DNA from: Escherichia coli
GTDB taxonomy: Bacteria > Pseudomonadota > Gammaproteobacteria > Enterobacterales > Enterobacteriaceae
Reading direction: 5' to 3' (one strand)
Length of the DNA stretch: 64,000 nt
Assembly (NCBI RefSeq): GCF_041248615.1
Contig: NZ_CP158426.1
Part shown: positions 1-10,967 of the stretch, one piece after another
Layout of the letters: each line of letters opens with the position of its first letter
Numbering within the stretch: position 1 is the stretch's first letter
Notes under the pieces: generated by a model
Database searches by the model: none
Told to the model about the DNA's origin: nothing
The model's input: the letters and a program-made list of their open reading frames with translations, nothing else
Position numbers and translations under genes: made by a program

Positions 1-2001
1 CATTGCGAGGATCCGCGCACCGTGAATATCTTCCACAGGTGCTGGTGTTGCCTGCATTTCATCAAAGAAAGGCGATAAGCGAATATAGGTTGAATCCTCC
101 TGCCAACCGTAGGTATCGGATCGTGCGACGTTAATTTCCTTCCACTCTGCTGTGCCTTCAAAAACTTCTGCGTACTCTTTACGGAACATTTCTGTGGAGA
201 CTTGTTCTACCGCACGGGCAATTTCTTGTGCCGAGGGCCAGATATCTTTCAGATATACCGGGTCGCCTTTACGATCGTGACCAATAGGCTCAGAAGCGAG
301 GTTAATATTCATATTTCCCGCCAGCGCATAGGCAACCACCAGCGGCGGCGAGGCCAGCCAGTTAGTTTTAACCAGCGGATGGATACGGCCTTCAAAGTTA
401 CGGTTGCCGGACAGCACCGCACCGACGGTTAAATCGCCTTTTTTGATTGCCGTTTCGATAGGATCGGGCAATGGACCAGAGTTACCAATACAGGTGGTAC
501 AACCGTATCCCACAAGGTTAAATCCCAGTTCATCCAGATACGGTGTCAGTTTCGCTTTTGCCAGATAATCAGAAACGACTTTCGAGCCTGGTGCCAGCGA
601 CGCTTTGACCCACGGTTGCCGCTTGAGGCCCAGAGTTACGGCTTTTTTCGCCAGCAAACCTGCGGCCATCAGCACACTTGGGTTAGAGGTGTTGGTGCAC
701 GACGTTATCGCAGCAATGACCACCGCGCCATCAGGTAACTGATACTGATGTCCGTTCATAACATAATCGACCGGCTGGCGATCTTTATGCGTGGCATTTA
801 CTTCCAGTTCGTTACTGGCGGCAAATGCTTTTGGTACATCGGGCAGTGCAACGCGATCCTGTGGGCGTTTTGGCCCTGCCAGGCTCGCTTCAACGTCATT
901 CATATCCAGTTCTAACGTACTGGTAAAAATCGGTTCATCGCCCGGGTTACGCCACATGCCCTGCGCTTTGGCATATTTTTCGACCAACTCGACCTGATCT
1001 TCGCTGCGCCCGCTTAAACGCATGTAATCGAGGGTGACAGCATCGATTGGGAAGAAGCCACAGGTGGCACCATATTCTGGCGACATATTGGCAATGGTGG
1101 CGCGATCCGCCAGCGGTAGTGAATCCAGCCCATCACCATAAAATTCGACGAATTTCCCCACCACACCATGTTTGCGCAGCATTTGGGTAACGGTGAGAAC
1201 CAGGTCTGTGGCGGTAATACCTTCACGTAATTTTCCGGTGAGTTTAAAGCCCACTACGTCTGGGATAAGCATGGAAACCGGCTGACCTAACATTGCGGCT
1301 TCTGCTTCGATCCCCCCCACGCCCCACCCCAGCACGCCAAGGCCGTTGATCATGGTGGTGTGCGAGTCAGTACCAACGAGTGTATCCGGATAAGCAATCC
1401 ATTCACCGTCCTGCAATTCGCTCCACACTGCTTTGCCGAGATATTCGAGGTTAACCTGATGGCAAATGCCTGTGCCTGGCGGCACGACGCTAAAACGACT
1501 GAACGCCTGCTTTCCCCATTTCAGGAACACATAACGTTCGTGGTTGCGCTCCATTTCCAGGCGCACGTTTTCTTCAAATGCCTCATCATCACCAAAACGA
1601 TCGACGGTCACCGAGTGGTCAATGACCAGGTCGACCGGTGAGAGCGGGTTAACCTTTGCAGTATCGCCACCGAGGCGTTTAACCGCTTCGCGCATTGCCG
1701 CCAGATCAACAACGGCAGGTACGCCGGTAAAGTCCTGCATCAGCACCCTTGCCGGGCGGTAGGCAATTTCACGGTCAGCATGGGCATTTTTCAGCCATCC
1801 CGCCAGCGCGTGGATATCCTCTTCGGTAACCGAGTTACCATCCTGCCAGCGCAGCAGGTTTTCGAGCAAAACTTTGAGTGACTTGGGCAGACGGGTGATA
1901 TTGCCCAGTGATTTGGCAGCAAGCGGCAGGCTGTAGTAGTGGTAAGTTTTATCTTTGGCCTGCAACGTGTCCTTACTGGCTTCTCGTAGGGTTGACGACA
2001 T
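1..2001 (-). CDS. acnA: Aconitate hydratase A, partial (C-terminal end lies beyond the window start)
   Basis: Reverse-strand reading frame runs from an ATG at 2001 (N-terminus MSSTLREAS...) to the window edge with aconitase-like translation; synteny next to cysB. Not in the ORF track because it is truncated by the window. Confidence 0.93.
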   Translation of the reverse strand, partial: MSSTLREASKDTLQAKDKTYHYYSLPLAAKSLGNITRLPKSLKVLLENLLRWQDGNSVTEEDIHALAGWLKNAHADREIAYRPARVLMQDFTGVPAVVDLAAMREAVKRLGGDTAKVNPLSPVDLVIDHSVTVDRFGDDEAFEENVRLEMERNHERYVFLKWGKQAFSRFSVVPPGTGICHQVNLEYLGKAVWSELQDGEWIAYPDTLVGTDSHTTMINGLGVLGWGVGGIEAEAAMLGQPVSMLIPDVVGFKLTGKLREGITATDLVLTVTQMLRKHGVVGKFVEFYGDGLDSLPLADRATIANMSPEYGATCGFFPIDAVTLDYMRLSGRSEDQVELVEKYAKAQGMWRNPGDEPIFTSTLELDMNDVEASLAGPKRPQDRVALPDVPKAFAASNELEVNATHKDRQPVDYVMNGHQYQLPDGAVVIAAITSCTNTSNPSVLMAAGLLAKKAVTLGLKRQPWVKASLAPGSKVVSDYLAKAKLTPYLDELGFNLVGYGCTTCIGNSGPLPDPIETAIKKGDLTVGAVLSGNRNFEGRIHPLVKTNWLASPPLVVAYALAGNMNINLASEPIGHDRKGDPVYLKDIWPSAQEIARAVEQVSTEMFRKEYAEVFEGTAEWKEINVARSDTYGWQEDSTYIRLSPFFDEMQATPAPVEDIHGARILAM

Positions 2002-2164
2002 AGCTCCTCCTTAATGACAGGGTTGCGACGCCCTGATTCTCTTCAGGGTGAATATTAAAGATAACACAAACATCGCGTAACGATTTGATAACAACCCAAA
2101 TTGATAAAAGAGGAGAAACCTTGTGGCAAAGCAAATGAAAACCCCGCCGCAGCGGGGTCAGGTA

Positions 2165-2260
2165 TCAGTGAGTAATGATCCAGAGGAATTCGGCCCAGAA
2201 GAGCATCGACAGAGAAAACGCGCCCATCCAGGACCAATATTTCATATTTGTGTTGATCAT
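2165..2260 (-). CDS. Small hydrophobic protein, 31 aa (MINTNMKYWSWMGAFSLSMLFWAEFLWIITH), about 160 bp upstream of acnA
   Basis: Short reverse-strand ORF with one predicted transmembrane segment, below the 60-aa track cutoff; resembles the small membrane proteins annotated upstream of acnA in K-12 (ymiA/yciX family region), exact name not certain. Confidence 0.4.
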   Translation of the reverse strand: MINTNMKYWSWMGAFSLSMLFWAEFLWIITH

Positions 2261-2373
2261 AGGCTACACCTTTAACGGTTATTACTTTGTGTTGAGATAA
2301 CTCAACCTGTTATTGCTGCGGTGTATTAAAAGCCCTTTAATTCATTAAAAATGGGTAATAAGAATGATGATAA

Positions 2374-2541
2374 TTATTGTTTCGGCTGATCATCTTCAGC
2401 AAACAGTTCTATAAAGGCTTGCTGCTGCGATGTTAGTTGCCAGTCGTCTGGAATAACGACGGAACATTCCCGTTTCGTTTCTGTGTCATTGTCACTATGC
2501 TGGCATAATGGTGACGACTCCAGTTGCTCCTGACCGACCAT
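2374..2541 (-). CDS. yciX: Small acidic protein YciX-like, 55 aa
   Basis: Track ORF 2374..2562; the internal Met at 2541 gives a 55-aa product (MVGQEQLESSPLCQH...) matching the size I recall for YciX; lies upstream of acnA. Confidence 0.5.
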   Translation of the reverse strand: MVGQEQLESSPLCQHSDNDTETKRECSVVIPDDWQLTSQQQAFIELFAEDDQPKQ

Positions 2542-2543
2542 AG

Positions 2544-2672
2544 TTATCCCCACACTTTCCAAATCAGCAGTGCGACAACCACCCAGAAAAGTGCAGAACC
2601 AAGAAAAACCGCCAGCCAGGCTTTACGTTTTAATTCAGGATCGCGGCGGGGTTCCTGATTTCCAGAAGGCAT
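2544..2672 (-). CDS. Small single-pass membrane protein, about 42-46 aa (…KAWLAVFLGSALFWVVVALLIWKVWG)
   Basis: Reverse-strand ORF whose TAA stop (2546..2544) sits 2 nt before the yciX ATG (2541), suggesting translational coupling; GAGG Shine-Dalgarno upstream of the Met at 2672; alternative start at 2684. Confidence 0.4.
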   Translation of the reverse strand: MPSGNQEPRRDPELKRKAWLAVFLGSALFWVVVALLIWKVWG

Positions 2673-2917
2673 TGCTAACCTCATATAATCGCCATCACTT
2701 ATCAGCAAGACGTTGAACGATTGGTGTAATTAATCATACGATGAGACAAATCCTAAAGAAACTTTAGTCAAAAATCCAGCGAATTTACGAATCGTCTCCA
2801 GTGAATAATTCAATCTTTTGACCTGAAATAGATATTTGAAAACTGGAATTTGCGAGGCGGGTAATTAGACACTACTTTACAGGTAATTTACCCTATAAAT
2901 ATGAGGGATAAAAATAT

Positions 2918-2926
2918 TGTGCACGG
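2918..2926. repeat. Left copy of 9-bp target-site duplication TGTGCACGG flanking IS1
   Basis: Exact 9-mer directly abuts the IS1 left end and is repeated at 3695..3703. Confidence 0.9.
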
Positions 2927-2981
2927 GGTGATGCTGCCAACTTACTGATTTAGTGTATGATGGTGTTTTTGAGGTGCTCCA

Positions 2982-3257
2982 GTGGCTTCTGTTTCTATCA
3001 GCTGTCCCTCCTGTTCAGCTACTGACGGGGTGGTGCGTAACGGCAAAAGCACCGCCGGACATCAGCGCTATCTCTGCTCTCACTGCCGTAAAACATGGCA
3101 ACTGCAGTTCACTTACACCGCTTCTCAACCCGGTACGCACCAGAAAATCATTGATATGGCCATGAATGGCGTTGGATGCCGGGCAACCGCCCGCATTATG
3201 GGCGTTGGCCTCAACACGATTTTCCGCCATTTAAAAAACTCAGGCCGCAGTCGGTAA
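2982..3257 (+). CDS. insA: IS1 InsA (transposition repressor / N-terminal part of the transposase)
   Basis: 91-aa [42 protein letters not shown]... characteristic of IS1 InsA. Confidence 0.95.
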   Translation: MASVSISCPSCSATDGVVRNGKSTAGHQRYLCSHCRKTWQLQFTYTASQPGTHQKIIDMAMNGVGCRATARIMGVGLNTIFRHLKNSGRSR

Positions 3258-3679
3258 CCTCGCGCATACAGCCGGGCAGTGACGTCATCGTCTGCGCGGA
3301 AATGGACGAACAGTGGGGATACGTCGGGGCTAAATCGCGCCAGCGCTGGCTGTTTTACGCGTATGACAGGCTCCGGAAGACGGTTGTTGCGCACGTATTC
3401 GGTGAACGCACTATGGCGACGCTGGGGCGTCTTATGAGCCTGCTGTCACCCTTTGACGTGGTGATATGGATGACGGATGGCTGGCCGCTGTATGAATCCC
3501 GCCTGAAGGGAAAGCTGCACGTAATCAGCAAGCGATATACGCAGCGAATTGAGCGGCATAACCTGAATCTGAGGCAGCACCTGGCACGGCTGGGACGGAA
3601 GTCGCTGTCGTTCTCAAAATCGGTGGAGCTGCATGACAAAGTCATCGGGCATTATCTGAACATAAAACACTATCAATAA
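3176..3679 (+). CDS. insB: IS1 InsB (transposase catalytic part, made as InsAB' fusion by -1 frameshift)
   Basis: 167-aa ORF overlapping insA in the -1 frame; characteristic IS1 InsB sequence. Confidence 0.93.
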   Translation: MPGNRPHYGRWPQHDFPPFKKLRPQSVTSRIQPGSDVIVCAEMDEQWGYVGAKSRQRWLFYAYDRLRKTVVAHVFGERTMATLGRLMSLLSPFDVVIWMTDGWPLYESRLKGKLHVISKRYTQRIERHNLNLRQHLARLGRKSLSFSKSVELHDKVIGHYLNIKHYQ

Positions 3680-3694
3680 GTTGGAGTCATTACC

Positions 3695-3703
3695 TGTGCA
3701 CGG
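3695..3703. repeat. Right copy of 9-bp target-site duplication TGTGCACGG flanking IS1
   Basis: Exact repeat of 2918..2926 immediately after the IS1 right end. Confidence 0.9.
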
Positions 3704-3721
3704 TATACAAATAAGTAACAA

Positions 3722-3763
3722 AAGAGAATATATTCCGGCACCTTCGCTACATAAAAGGTGCCG
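3722..3763 (-). terminator. Putative intrinsic terminator downstream of cysB
   Basis: Inverted repeat CGGCACCTT...AAGGTGCCG followed by a T-rich stretch on the minus strand, just past the cysB stop. Confidence 0.45.
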
Positions 3764-3779
3764 AAAATAACGCAAGAAA

Positions 3780-4778
<999 letters not shown>

Positions 4779-4906
4779 TCAGAACATCGTTTTTTCGTCA
4801 CACCTGGCGGGTGACTAATACGATTTAATAATAAAAAAGGTGCTAACTATAACCACTATATCATTTATAGCCTTAGTGTATAGGTGTGAAGAAAAAATAA
4901 TATGCA

Positions 4907-4940
4907 ATAAAAAAGGGCCGCTTTCGCGACCCTTTGTTTA
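4907..4940 (-). terminator. Putative intrinsic terminator downstream of topA
   Basis: GC-rich imperfect hairpin (GGGCCGC...GCGACCC) followed by a T-run on the minus strand, 25-55 bp past the topA stop. Confidence 0.55.
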
Positions 4941-4963
4941 TAAAAACCTGACAGAATTAAAGG

Positions 4964-7561
4964 TTATTTTTTCCCTTCAACCCATTTGCCATCAACATAA
5001 AATGCTGACCAGCCAGTCGCCTTTCCGTCTTTTTCCGAAGAGACATATTGCTGTTTGGTTTTACGGCTAAAGCGAACCATGGTCTTATTACCTTCCGGAT
5101 CCTGCTGTGGCGCATCGGCCAGATAACGCAGTTTTTCCGGCAGACGGTCGCGGAAGCGATAAAGCTCTTCCACCAATGGCGCACGTGTTTCACGCGATTT
5201 CGGGAAGGTATTGGCCGCCAGGAACACACCGGCAGCACCGTCACGCAGCACGAAATAGGCATCTGATTTTTCGCACGGCAGCTCAGGTAATGGCACCGGA
5301 TCTTCTTTCGGTGGTGCCACTTCGCCGTTACGTAAAATCTTACGTGTGTTTTTACACTCTTCGTTGGTGCAGGCCATGTATTTACCGAAACGCCCCATTT
5401 TCAGGTGCATTTCAGAGCCACATTTTTCACACTCAACGATCGGGCCGTCATAACCTTTAATGCGGAATTCGCCCTCTTCGATCTCGTAACCGTCGCAGGT
5501 TGGGTTATTACCACAGACATGCAACTTACGTTTCGGATCGATGAGATAGCTGTCCATCGCCGTGCCGCATTTCGGGCAACGACGTTTTGCGCGCAGCGCG
5601 TTGGTTTCAGCGTCTTCACCTTCCAGCACGTTCAGCACTTCGTTTTCCGGCACCAGGTTAATGGTGGTTTTGCAACGCTCTTTTGGCGGCAGCGCATAAC
5701 CAGAACAGCCAAGGAATACCCCGGTGCTCGCTGTGCGAATCCCCATTTTGCGACCACAAGTCGGGCAGTCAATGCTGGTCAGAACCATCTGGTTCGGGCG
5801 CATACCCCCCTCTTCCGGATCTTTTTCAGCTTTATCTAACTGCTGGGTGAAATCCGAGAAGAAGTGATCCAGTACAGCTTTCCACTCTGCTTCGTGATTT
5901 GCCACCTGGTCGAGGCTGTTTTCCATCTGCGCGGTGAAGTCGTAGTTCATTAACTCGCGGAAATTCTCTTCCAGGCGATCGGTGACGATTTCGCCCATTT
6001 TTTCCGCATAGAAACGACGATTTTCTACTCGCACATAGCCACGATCCTGAATGGTCGAAATGATCGATGCATAGGTAGACGGACGACCGATACCGCGTTT
6101 TTCCAGCTCTTTAACCAGCGATGCTTCACTAAAACGGGCTGGCGGCTTGGTAAAGTGCTGGGCTGGTGTCAGTTCAACGAGCGTCAGAGCATCGCCTTTA
6201 TCGACTGCCGGTAAGATACGATCTTCATCGCCTTTACGCAGTGCAGGCATCACTTTTGTCCAGCCATCAAAGCGCAAAATACGACCGCGTGCTTTCAGGC
6301 GGAAATCGCCCGCACCAACGGTCAGCGTCGTGGAGTCATATTTCGCTGGGGTCATCTGGCAGGCAACGAACTGACGCCAGATTAACTGGTACAGTTTCTG
6401 CGCATCTGCTTCCATATCCTTCAGCGATTCCGCCATCACATTGACGTCAGAAGGACGAATCGCTTCGTGCGCTTCCTGTGAGTTTTCTTTGCTGGCGTAC
6501 TGATTCGGACTTTCCGGCAGATATTTCTTACCAAAATTATCGCTGATATAACCGCGAACCATATTTACCGCGTCCTGACTCAGGTTAGTGGAGTCGGTAC
6601 GCATGTAAGTGATATAGCCTGCTTCATACAAACGCTGCGCCATCATCATGGTTTTTTTCACGCCAAAACCAAGACGGGTGCTGGCAGCTTGTTGCAGCGT
6701 AGAGGTAATAAAAGGAGCGCCAGGTTTACTGGTTGTCGGTTTGTCTTCACGTTCCAGCACGCTGTAGCGCGCTTTTTCCAGCAGACTTACCGCAGCCTGA
6801 GTTTGTTCTTTGTTGACCGGGCGGAACGGTTTGTCGTTCTGATGAGTCACCTGCAACGCCAACGCATCACCAGATGGCGTGGTTGTGCTGGCATCGACTT
6901 CCCAGAACTCTTCCGGTACGAACGCTTTAATTTCACGCTCACGCTCGACCACCAGTCGAACCGCCACCGACTGAACACGACCTGCAGACAGACCACGAGC
7001 GATCTTTTTCCACAGCAGCGGCGAAACCATATACCCCACCACGCGGTCCATAAAGCGACGCGCCTGCTGGGCATTAACACGATCAATATTCAGCTCACCT
7101 GGTTTGTTAAATGCCTGGCGGATCGCGTTTTTAGTAATTTCGTTAAACACCACTCGGCTATAGCGCGCATCATCACCACCAATCACTTCCCGCAGGTGCC
7201 ATGCAATGGCTTCCCCTTCGCGGTCAAGGTCGGTTGCGAGATAGATGTGGTCGGCTTTTTCAGCCAGTTGTTTCAGTTCAGAGACGACCTTCTCTTTACC
7301 AGGCAACACTTCATAGTGCGCCTCCCAATTGTGCCACGGGTCAACCCCCATACGGTTGACGAGAGCGCCACGTTCATCCTTTTTAGGCTTTTTAGCCGTC
7401 TTGGTGGAGGTAGAGTCGGCACTCTTTTTGGCAGCTGAGCCACTGGTCGGCAAATCGCGGATGTGACCGACGCTGGATTTCACCACGTAGTCACTACCCA
7501 GATACTTGTTGATCGTTTTGGCTTTTGCCGGGGACTCAACGATGACAAGAGCTTTACCCAT
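4964..7561 (-). CDS. topA: DNA topoisomerase I
   Basis: 865-aa product starting [22 protein letters not shown]... with C-terminal zinc-ribbon repeats; track ORF extends 14 codons upstream to 7603, but the conserved N-terminus starts at the Met at 7561. Confidence 0.96.
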   Translation of the reverse strand: MGKALVIVESPAKAKTINKYLGSDYVVKSSVGHIRDLPTSGSAAKKSADSTSTKTAKKPKKDERGALVNRMGVDPWHNWEAHYEVLPGKEKVVSELKQLAEKADHIYLATDLDREGEAIAWHLREVIGGDDARYSRVVFNEITKNAIRQAFNKPGELNIDRVNAQQARRFMDRVVGYMVSPLLWKKIARGLSAGRVQSVAVRLVVEREREIKAFVPEEFWEVDASTTTPSGDALALQVTHQNDKPFRPVNKEQTQAAVSLLEKARYSVLEREDKPTTSKPGAPFITSTLQQAASTRLGFGVKKTMMMAQRLYEAGYITYMRTDSTNLSQDAVNMVRGYISDNFGKKYLPESPNQYASKENSQEAHEAIRPSDVNVMAESLKDMEADAQKLYQLIWRQFVACQMTPAKYDSTTLTVGAGDFRLKARGRILRFDGWTKVMPALRKGDEDRILPAVDKGDALTLVELTPAQHFTKPPARFSEASLVKELEKRGIGRPSTYASIISTIQDRGYVRVENRRFYAEKMGEIVTDRLEENFRELMNYDFTAQMENSLDQVANHEAEWKAVLDHFFSDFTQQLDKAEKDPEEGGMRPNQMVLTSIDCPTCGRKMGIRTASTGVFLGCSGYALPPKERCKTTINLVPENEVLNVLEGEDAETNALRAKRRCPKCGTAMDSYLIDPKRKLHVCGNNPTCDGYEIEEGEFRIKGYDGPIVECEKCGSEMHLKMGRFGKYMACTNEECKNTRKILRNGEVAPPKEDPVPLPELPCEKSDAYFVLRDGAAGVFLAANTFPKSRETRAPLVEELYRFRDRLPEKLRYLADAPQQDPEGNKTMVRFSRKTKQQYVSSEKDGKATGWSAFYVDGKWVEGKK

Positions 7562-7940
7562 ATTCACCTTACCTAATTTGATTCTTCCAGGAATGCGTCG
7601 CACGTTGATAAACCTTCCACTGGCAACGAGTTACCGATATGGACTCGCTCTCTGCGGATATCAACCCCTTGTCGTGACTCTGTTCACGAAAATTCAGGTG
7701 ACTGAGTTAACAGGTCTTGGCCTACAGGCGCTATAGCACGACGGAATTTTGGTCGAATGTCAAGCAAATCTATTGCCAGATTGACGAAAGCGTCACACTG
7801 TACCTGATAAAATCCGATACGCAACTTTATTAGCATGCAAAATCCAAAGTTGCCAGTAAGGCGCTCTTGCCACCAGCGTGGTATATTTGTCTGCAAGCCA
7901 TGCCTGGCGTAGACTAATGTCCTTGTTTAAGGAGTAAATA

Positions 7941-8192
7941 ATGAACAAAGAGACACAACCCATCGACCGCGAGACGCTGTTGAAAGAGGCCAACAAAATC
8001 ATTCGTGAGCATGAGGATACGCTCGCAGGGATTGAAGCCACCGGCGTCACGCAGCGTAATGGCGTGCTGGTATTTACCGGCGACTACTTTTTAGATGAAC
8101 AAGGATTGCCAACAGCCAAAAGCACCGCGGTGTTTAATATGTTCAAACACCTGGCCCATGTGCTTTCAGAAAAATATCATCTGGTTGATTAA
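7941..8192 (+). CDS. yciN: Uncharacterized protein YciN
   Basis: 83-aa [33 protein letters not shown]...; conserved position between topA and sohB. Confidence 0.85.
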
Positions 8193-8202
8193 AAATAAAT
8201 AT

Positions 8203-8227
8203 CCTCCGGCATAGCCGGAGGTTTTTC
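8203..8227 (+). terminator. Intrinsic terminator after yciN
   Basis: Hairpin CCTCCGGC-ATA-GCCGGAGG followed by TTTTTC, 11 bp after the yciN stop. Confidence 0.7.
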
Positions 8228-8900
8228 AAATGCGCCTGTAAGGCTCTGTTACCAGCCGCGCCCTAACAGGCGCATACGATCTGACATTTGCATTCAACTT
8301 CGTTACTTACGGCCCGTAAACGGGCTGCCCGGATAGGGAATCGATAACTGCTCCCCCATTTTATCCTCTTCAAGCTGGTGCTTTATGTAGTCCTGTATCT
8401 TCGCCGTGTTCTTACCCACCGTATCGACATAGTACCCTCGGCACCAGAACTCCCTGTTTCTGTATTTGAATTTCAAATCCCCAAACTGCTCGTAAAGCAT
8501 CAGACTGCTTTTCCCTTTCAGATATCCCATAAAGCCGGATACGCTCATTTTGGGTGGGATTTCCACAAGCATATGGATATGATCTGCGCAGCACTCTGCT
8601 TCCAGAATCCGTACGCTTTTCCACTCACACAGCTTTCTCAAAATACTGCCTATCGCCCTACGCTTCTCTCCGTAAAACGCCAGTCTTCGGTATTTCGGCG
8701 CAAAAACTATGTGATATTTACAGTTCCAGCGGGTGTGCGCTAAGCTCTTTTCGTCCCCCATTGGGACCCCCTTTTGATTTCTTGTTTGACACTTGCAGTT
8801 GCCAGACCGCAAGGTGTTTTAACAAATCAAAAGGGGTTTTAATAACTGGCTCAAAGCTGAAAGCTTTCCGGAACCCCCAGCCTAGCTGGGGGTTTTCTGT
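8228..8900 (-). mobile_element. IS200-like insertion sequence (IS200/IS605 family); boundaries approximate
   Basis: Contains an intact IS200-type tnpA, a structured 5' leader with an RBS-sequestering inverted repeat and a perfect terminal hairpin (8874..8892), plus subterminal palindromes near 8231..8273 and 8307..8330. This family makes no target duplication, so ends cannot be set precisely by eye. Confidence 0.8.
8303..8761 (-). CDS. tnpA: IS200-type Y1 (HuH) transposase TnpA, 152 aa
   Basis: Translation MGDEKSLAHTRWNCKYHIVFAPKYRR...HIHMLVEIPPK...GYYVDTVGKN is near-identical to the IS200 TnpA I recall (HuH motif HIHML, catalytic Tyr region). Track ORF 8303..8812 has an upstream extension; the Met at 8761 has a GGGGG Shine-Dalgarno. 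Confidence 0.9.
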   Translation of the reverse strand: MGDEKSLAHTRWNCKYHIVFAPKYRRLAFYGEKRRAIGSILRKLCEWKSVRILEAECCADHIHMLVEIPPKMSVSGFMGYLKGKSSLMLYEQFGDLKFKYRNREFWCRGYYVDTVGKNTAKIQDYIKHQLEEDKMGEQLSIPYPGSPFTGRK

Positions 8901-8908
8901 GCACAACA

Positions 8909-8935
8909 AAACGCGAGGTCTTAGCCTCGCGTTTG
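8909..8935 (-). terminator. Putative intrinsic terminator downstream of sohB
   Basis: Hairpin AACGCGAGG-TCTTA-GCCTCGCGTT followed by a T-run on the minus strand, directly after the sohB stop at 8940. Confidence 0.6.
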
Positions 8936-8939
8936 TCTT

Positions 8940-9989
8940 TTACATCAATGGTTTTTGCCCCCGCTGCCACCAGCGTAACAACAATCGATCGGCGCTCTCT
9001 GCCGCGCTGCCGGTGAATCGGTCAATGAGTCGTTTACGCTGCATATAGCGTACATTGACCACTTCACGGCCTTCCATCAGGCTAAGAATAACTTCATCAC
9101 TGGTGTTGATTTCATCAACCAGGCCTTTCTCTACCGCCTGTTGTCCGTACCAGTGTTCACCCGTTGCCACCTGATCAATATTCAGAGACGGACGCATACG
9201 CTTCACAAAATCTTTAAATAACTGATGCGTTTCGTTCAGCTCTTCGCGGAATTTCTCCCGCCCTTCTTCGGTGTTTTCACCCAGCAAAGTCAGCGTGCGC
9301 TTATACTGCCCGGCGGTGTGCAGTTCGATATCAATATCTTTGCTTTTCAGGAAGCGGTTAAAGTTGGGCATTTGTGCCACCACGCCAATGGAACCCACAA
9401 TAGCAAACGGTGCGGAAACAATTTTGTCCGCCACACAGGCCATCATGTAACCGCCACTGGCAGCAACTTTGTCTACCGTAACAGTTAAAGGAATGTTTTT
9501 ATCACGCAGACGCTGCAGCTGCGAAGCCGCCAGCCCGTAACCATGCACCATGCCACCAGGGCTTTCCAGACGTAGCACAACCTGATCCTGCGGTTTGAAT
9601 GCTGCGAGTACCGCCGTTATCTCTTCACGTAGCGAGTTCACTTCATGGGCGTCCATGCTGCCTTTAAAATCCAGCACCCAGACGCGAGGTTTACTGTCAG
9701 TTGCCACCTCGCCCAGTTTGGCTTTCGCTTTTGCTGCTTTCGCTTCTTGCTTGTGCTTTTTCTTCTGCGCTTTGTGCCACTGTTTTTGCTGATGTGAGTC
9801 CATCAGCGCCGCGGCCAGTTCTTCTTTCATCTCCTTATACTGTTCGCTGAGATTGTTGACCCGTAACTCGCCACGCTGGCGTTTATTACGTTGAGCAACA
9901 TTGACAATAATGGCGGCAATCGCCGCAATCGCTAGCACAACGGTAACGATTTTCGCCAAAAACAAACCATATTCAGACAACAATTCCAC
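8940..9989 (-). CDS. sohB: Probable periplasmic protease SohB (S49 peptidase family)
   Basis: 349-aa ORF; N-terminal TM segment and ClpP/SppA-like core; conserved position. Confidence 0.93.
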   Translation of the reverse strand: MELLSEYGLFLAKIVTVVLAIAAIAAIIVNVAQRNKRQRGELRVNNLSEQYKEMKEELAAALMDSHQQKQWHKAQKKKHKQEAKAAKAKAKLGEVATDSKPRVWVLDFKGSMDAHEVNSLREEITAVLAAFKPQDQVVLRLESPGGMVHGYGLAASQLQRLRDKNIPLTVTVDKVAASGGYMMACVADKIVSAPFAIVGSIGVVAQMPNFNRFLKSKDIDIELHTAGQYKRTLTLLGENTEEGREKFREELNETHQLFKDFVKRMRPSLNIDQVATGEHWYGQQAVEKGLVDEINTSDEVILSLMEGREVVNVRYMQRKRLIDRFTGSAAESADRLLLRWWQRGQKPLM

Positions 9990-10208
9990 GAGTCCCCACC
10001 TTGGTTAAACAACGCTTTGGCTCACAGTTTACAACAGGCATGTTAAGCCGTCTCGCAGAGATGTTATTGCAGCGAAAGTATGACAAAGTATCCATTTTGC
10101 GGTGTTATCGCCCCAGGCTGATTGAAATGCCCTTCTGTTTCAGGCATAAAGCCCCAAAGTCATAAAGTACACTGGCAGCGCGACAGACAACGTCGTTGAG
10201 GAGTAGCC

Positions 10209-10967
10209 ATGCATTACCAGCCAAAACAAGATTTACTCAATGATCGCATTATCCTGGTGACGGGAGCCAGCGATGGTATTGGCCGTGAAGCCGCGATGAC
10301 GTATGCACGCTATGGTGCGACAGTGATTCTGTTGGGCCGTAATGAAGAAAAATTACGTCAGGTAGCCAGCCACATAAACGAAGAAACTGGACGTCAGCCA
10401 CAGTGGTTTATTCTCGATTTGCTGACCTGCACGTCCGAAGATTGCCAACAACTGGCACAGCGCATTGCCGTTAATTATCCGCGTCTGGATGGTGTTTTGC
10501 ATAATGCCGGATTGCTCGGCGATGTTTGCCCAATGAGCGAACAAAATCCGCAGGTCTGGCAGGACGTCATGCAGGTCAACGTTAATGCCACCTTTATGCT
10601 CACCCAGGCACTGCTTCCTTTATTACTCAAATCGGACGCCGGTTCACTGGTCTTTACTTCATCAAGCGTTGGACGTCAGGGACGAGCCAACTGGGGCGCA
10701 TATGCAGCGTCGAAATTTGCCACCGAAGGGATGATGCAGGTACTGGCCGATGAATATCAGCAGCGCCTGCGCGTCAACTGCATTAACCCAGGCGGTACGC
10801 GCACCGCAATGCGGGCCAGCGCCTTCCCGACCGAAGATCCACAGAAACTTAAAACACCCGCTGATATCATGCCGCTCTACCTCTGGCTGATGGGCGATGA
10901 CAGCCGCCGTAAAACCGGCATGACCTTTGACGCCCAACCGGGCCGTAAACCAGGAATTTCCCAATGA
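10209..10967 (+). CDS. yciK: Short-chain dehydrogenase/reductase YciK
   Basis: 252-aa ORF with Rossmann motif TGASDGIG and SDR catalytic YxxxK (YAASK); overlaps btuR by 4 bp. Confidence 0.93.
   Translation: MHYQPKQDLLNDRIILVTGASDGIGREAAMTYARYGATVILLGRNEEKLRQVASHINEETGRQPQWFILDLLTCTSEDCQQLAQRIAVNYPRLDGVLHNAGLLGDVCPMSEQNPQVWQDVMQVNVNATFMLTQALLPLLLKSDAGSLVFTSSSVGRQGRANWGAYAASKFATEGMMQVLADEYQQRLRVNCINPGGTRTAMRASAFPTEDPQKLKTPADIMPLYLWLMGDDSRRKTGMTFDAQPGRKPGISQ

Larger units (their letters stand above)
2927..3694 (+). mobile_element. IS1 insertion sequence, complete, 768 bp
   Basis: Begins GGTGATGCTGCCAACTTACTGAT and ends ...GTTGGAGTCATTACC (terminal inverted repeats); contains insA and insB with the A6C frameshift motif TTAAAAAACTC at about 3229..3239; flanked by a perfect 9-bp direct repeat. 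Confidence 0.95.

Noticed and set aside
2055-2237. 60-aa minus-strand track ORF between acnA and yciX
   Set aside because: It overlaps, in another frame, the better-supported 31-aa hydrophobic ORF (2165..2260); translation lacks features of a real protein.
6689-7438. 249-aa plus-strand ORF antisense to topA, and other short ORFs inside topA (5107..5460, 5405..5839)
   Set aside because: Contained within the topA coding region on the opposite strand or in an alternate frame; topA is intact.
4964-7603. N-terminally extended starts given by the ORF track for topA (7603), oppA (39714), tonB (29785), yciO (16761), narL (62389), yciI (29895), yciU (33596), kch (30537), ychJ (49473), yciG (24731) and tnpA (8812)
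   Set aside because: The track reports the longest frame; conserved N-termini and Shine-Dalgarno placement support the downstream starts used in the feature list.
7684-8050. Minus-strand ORFs (7684..7896, 7793..8050) in the topA-yciN promoter interval
   Set aside because: They overlap the yciN coding region and topA promoter region on the wrong strand; no support as genes.
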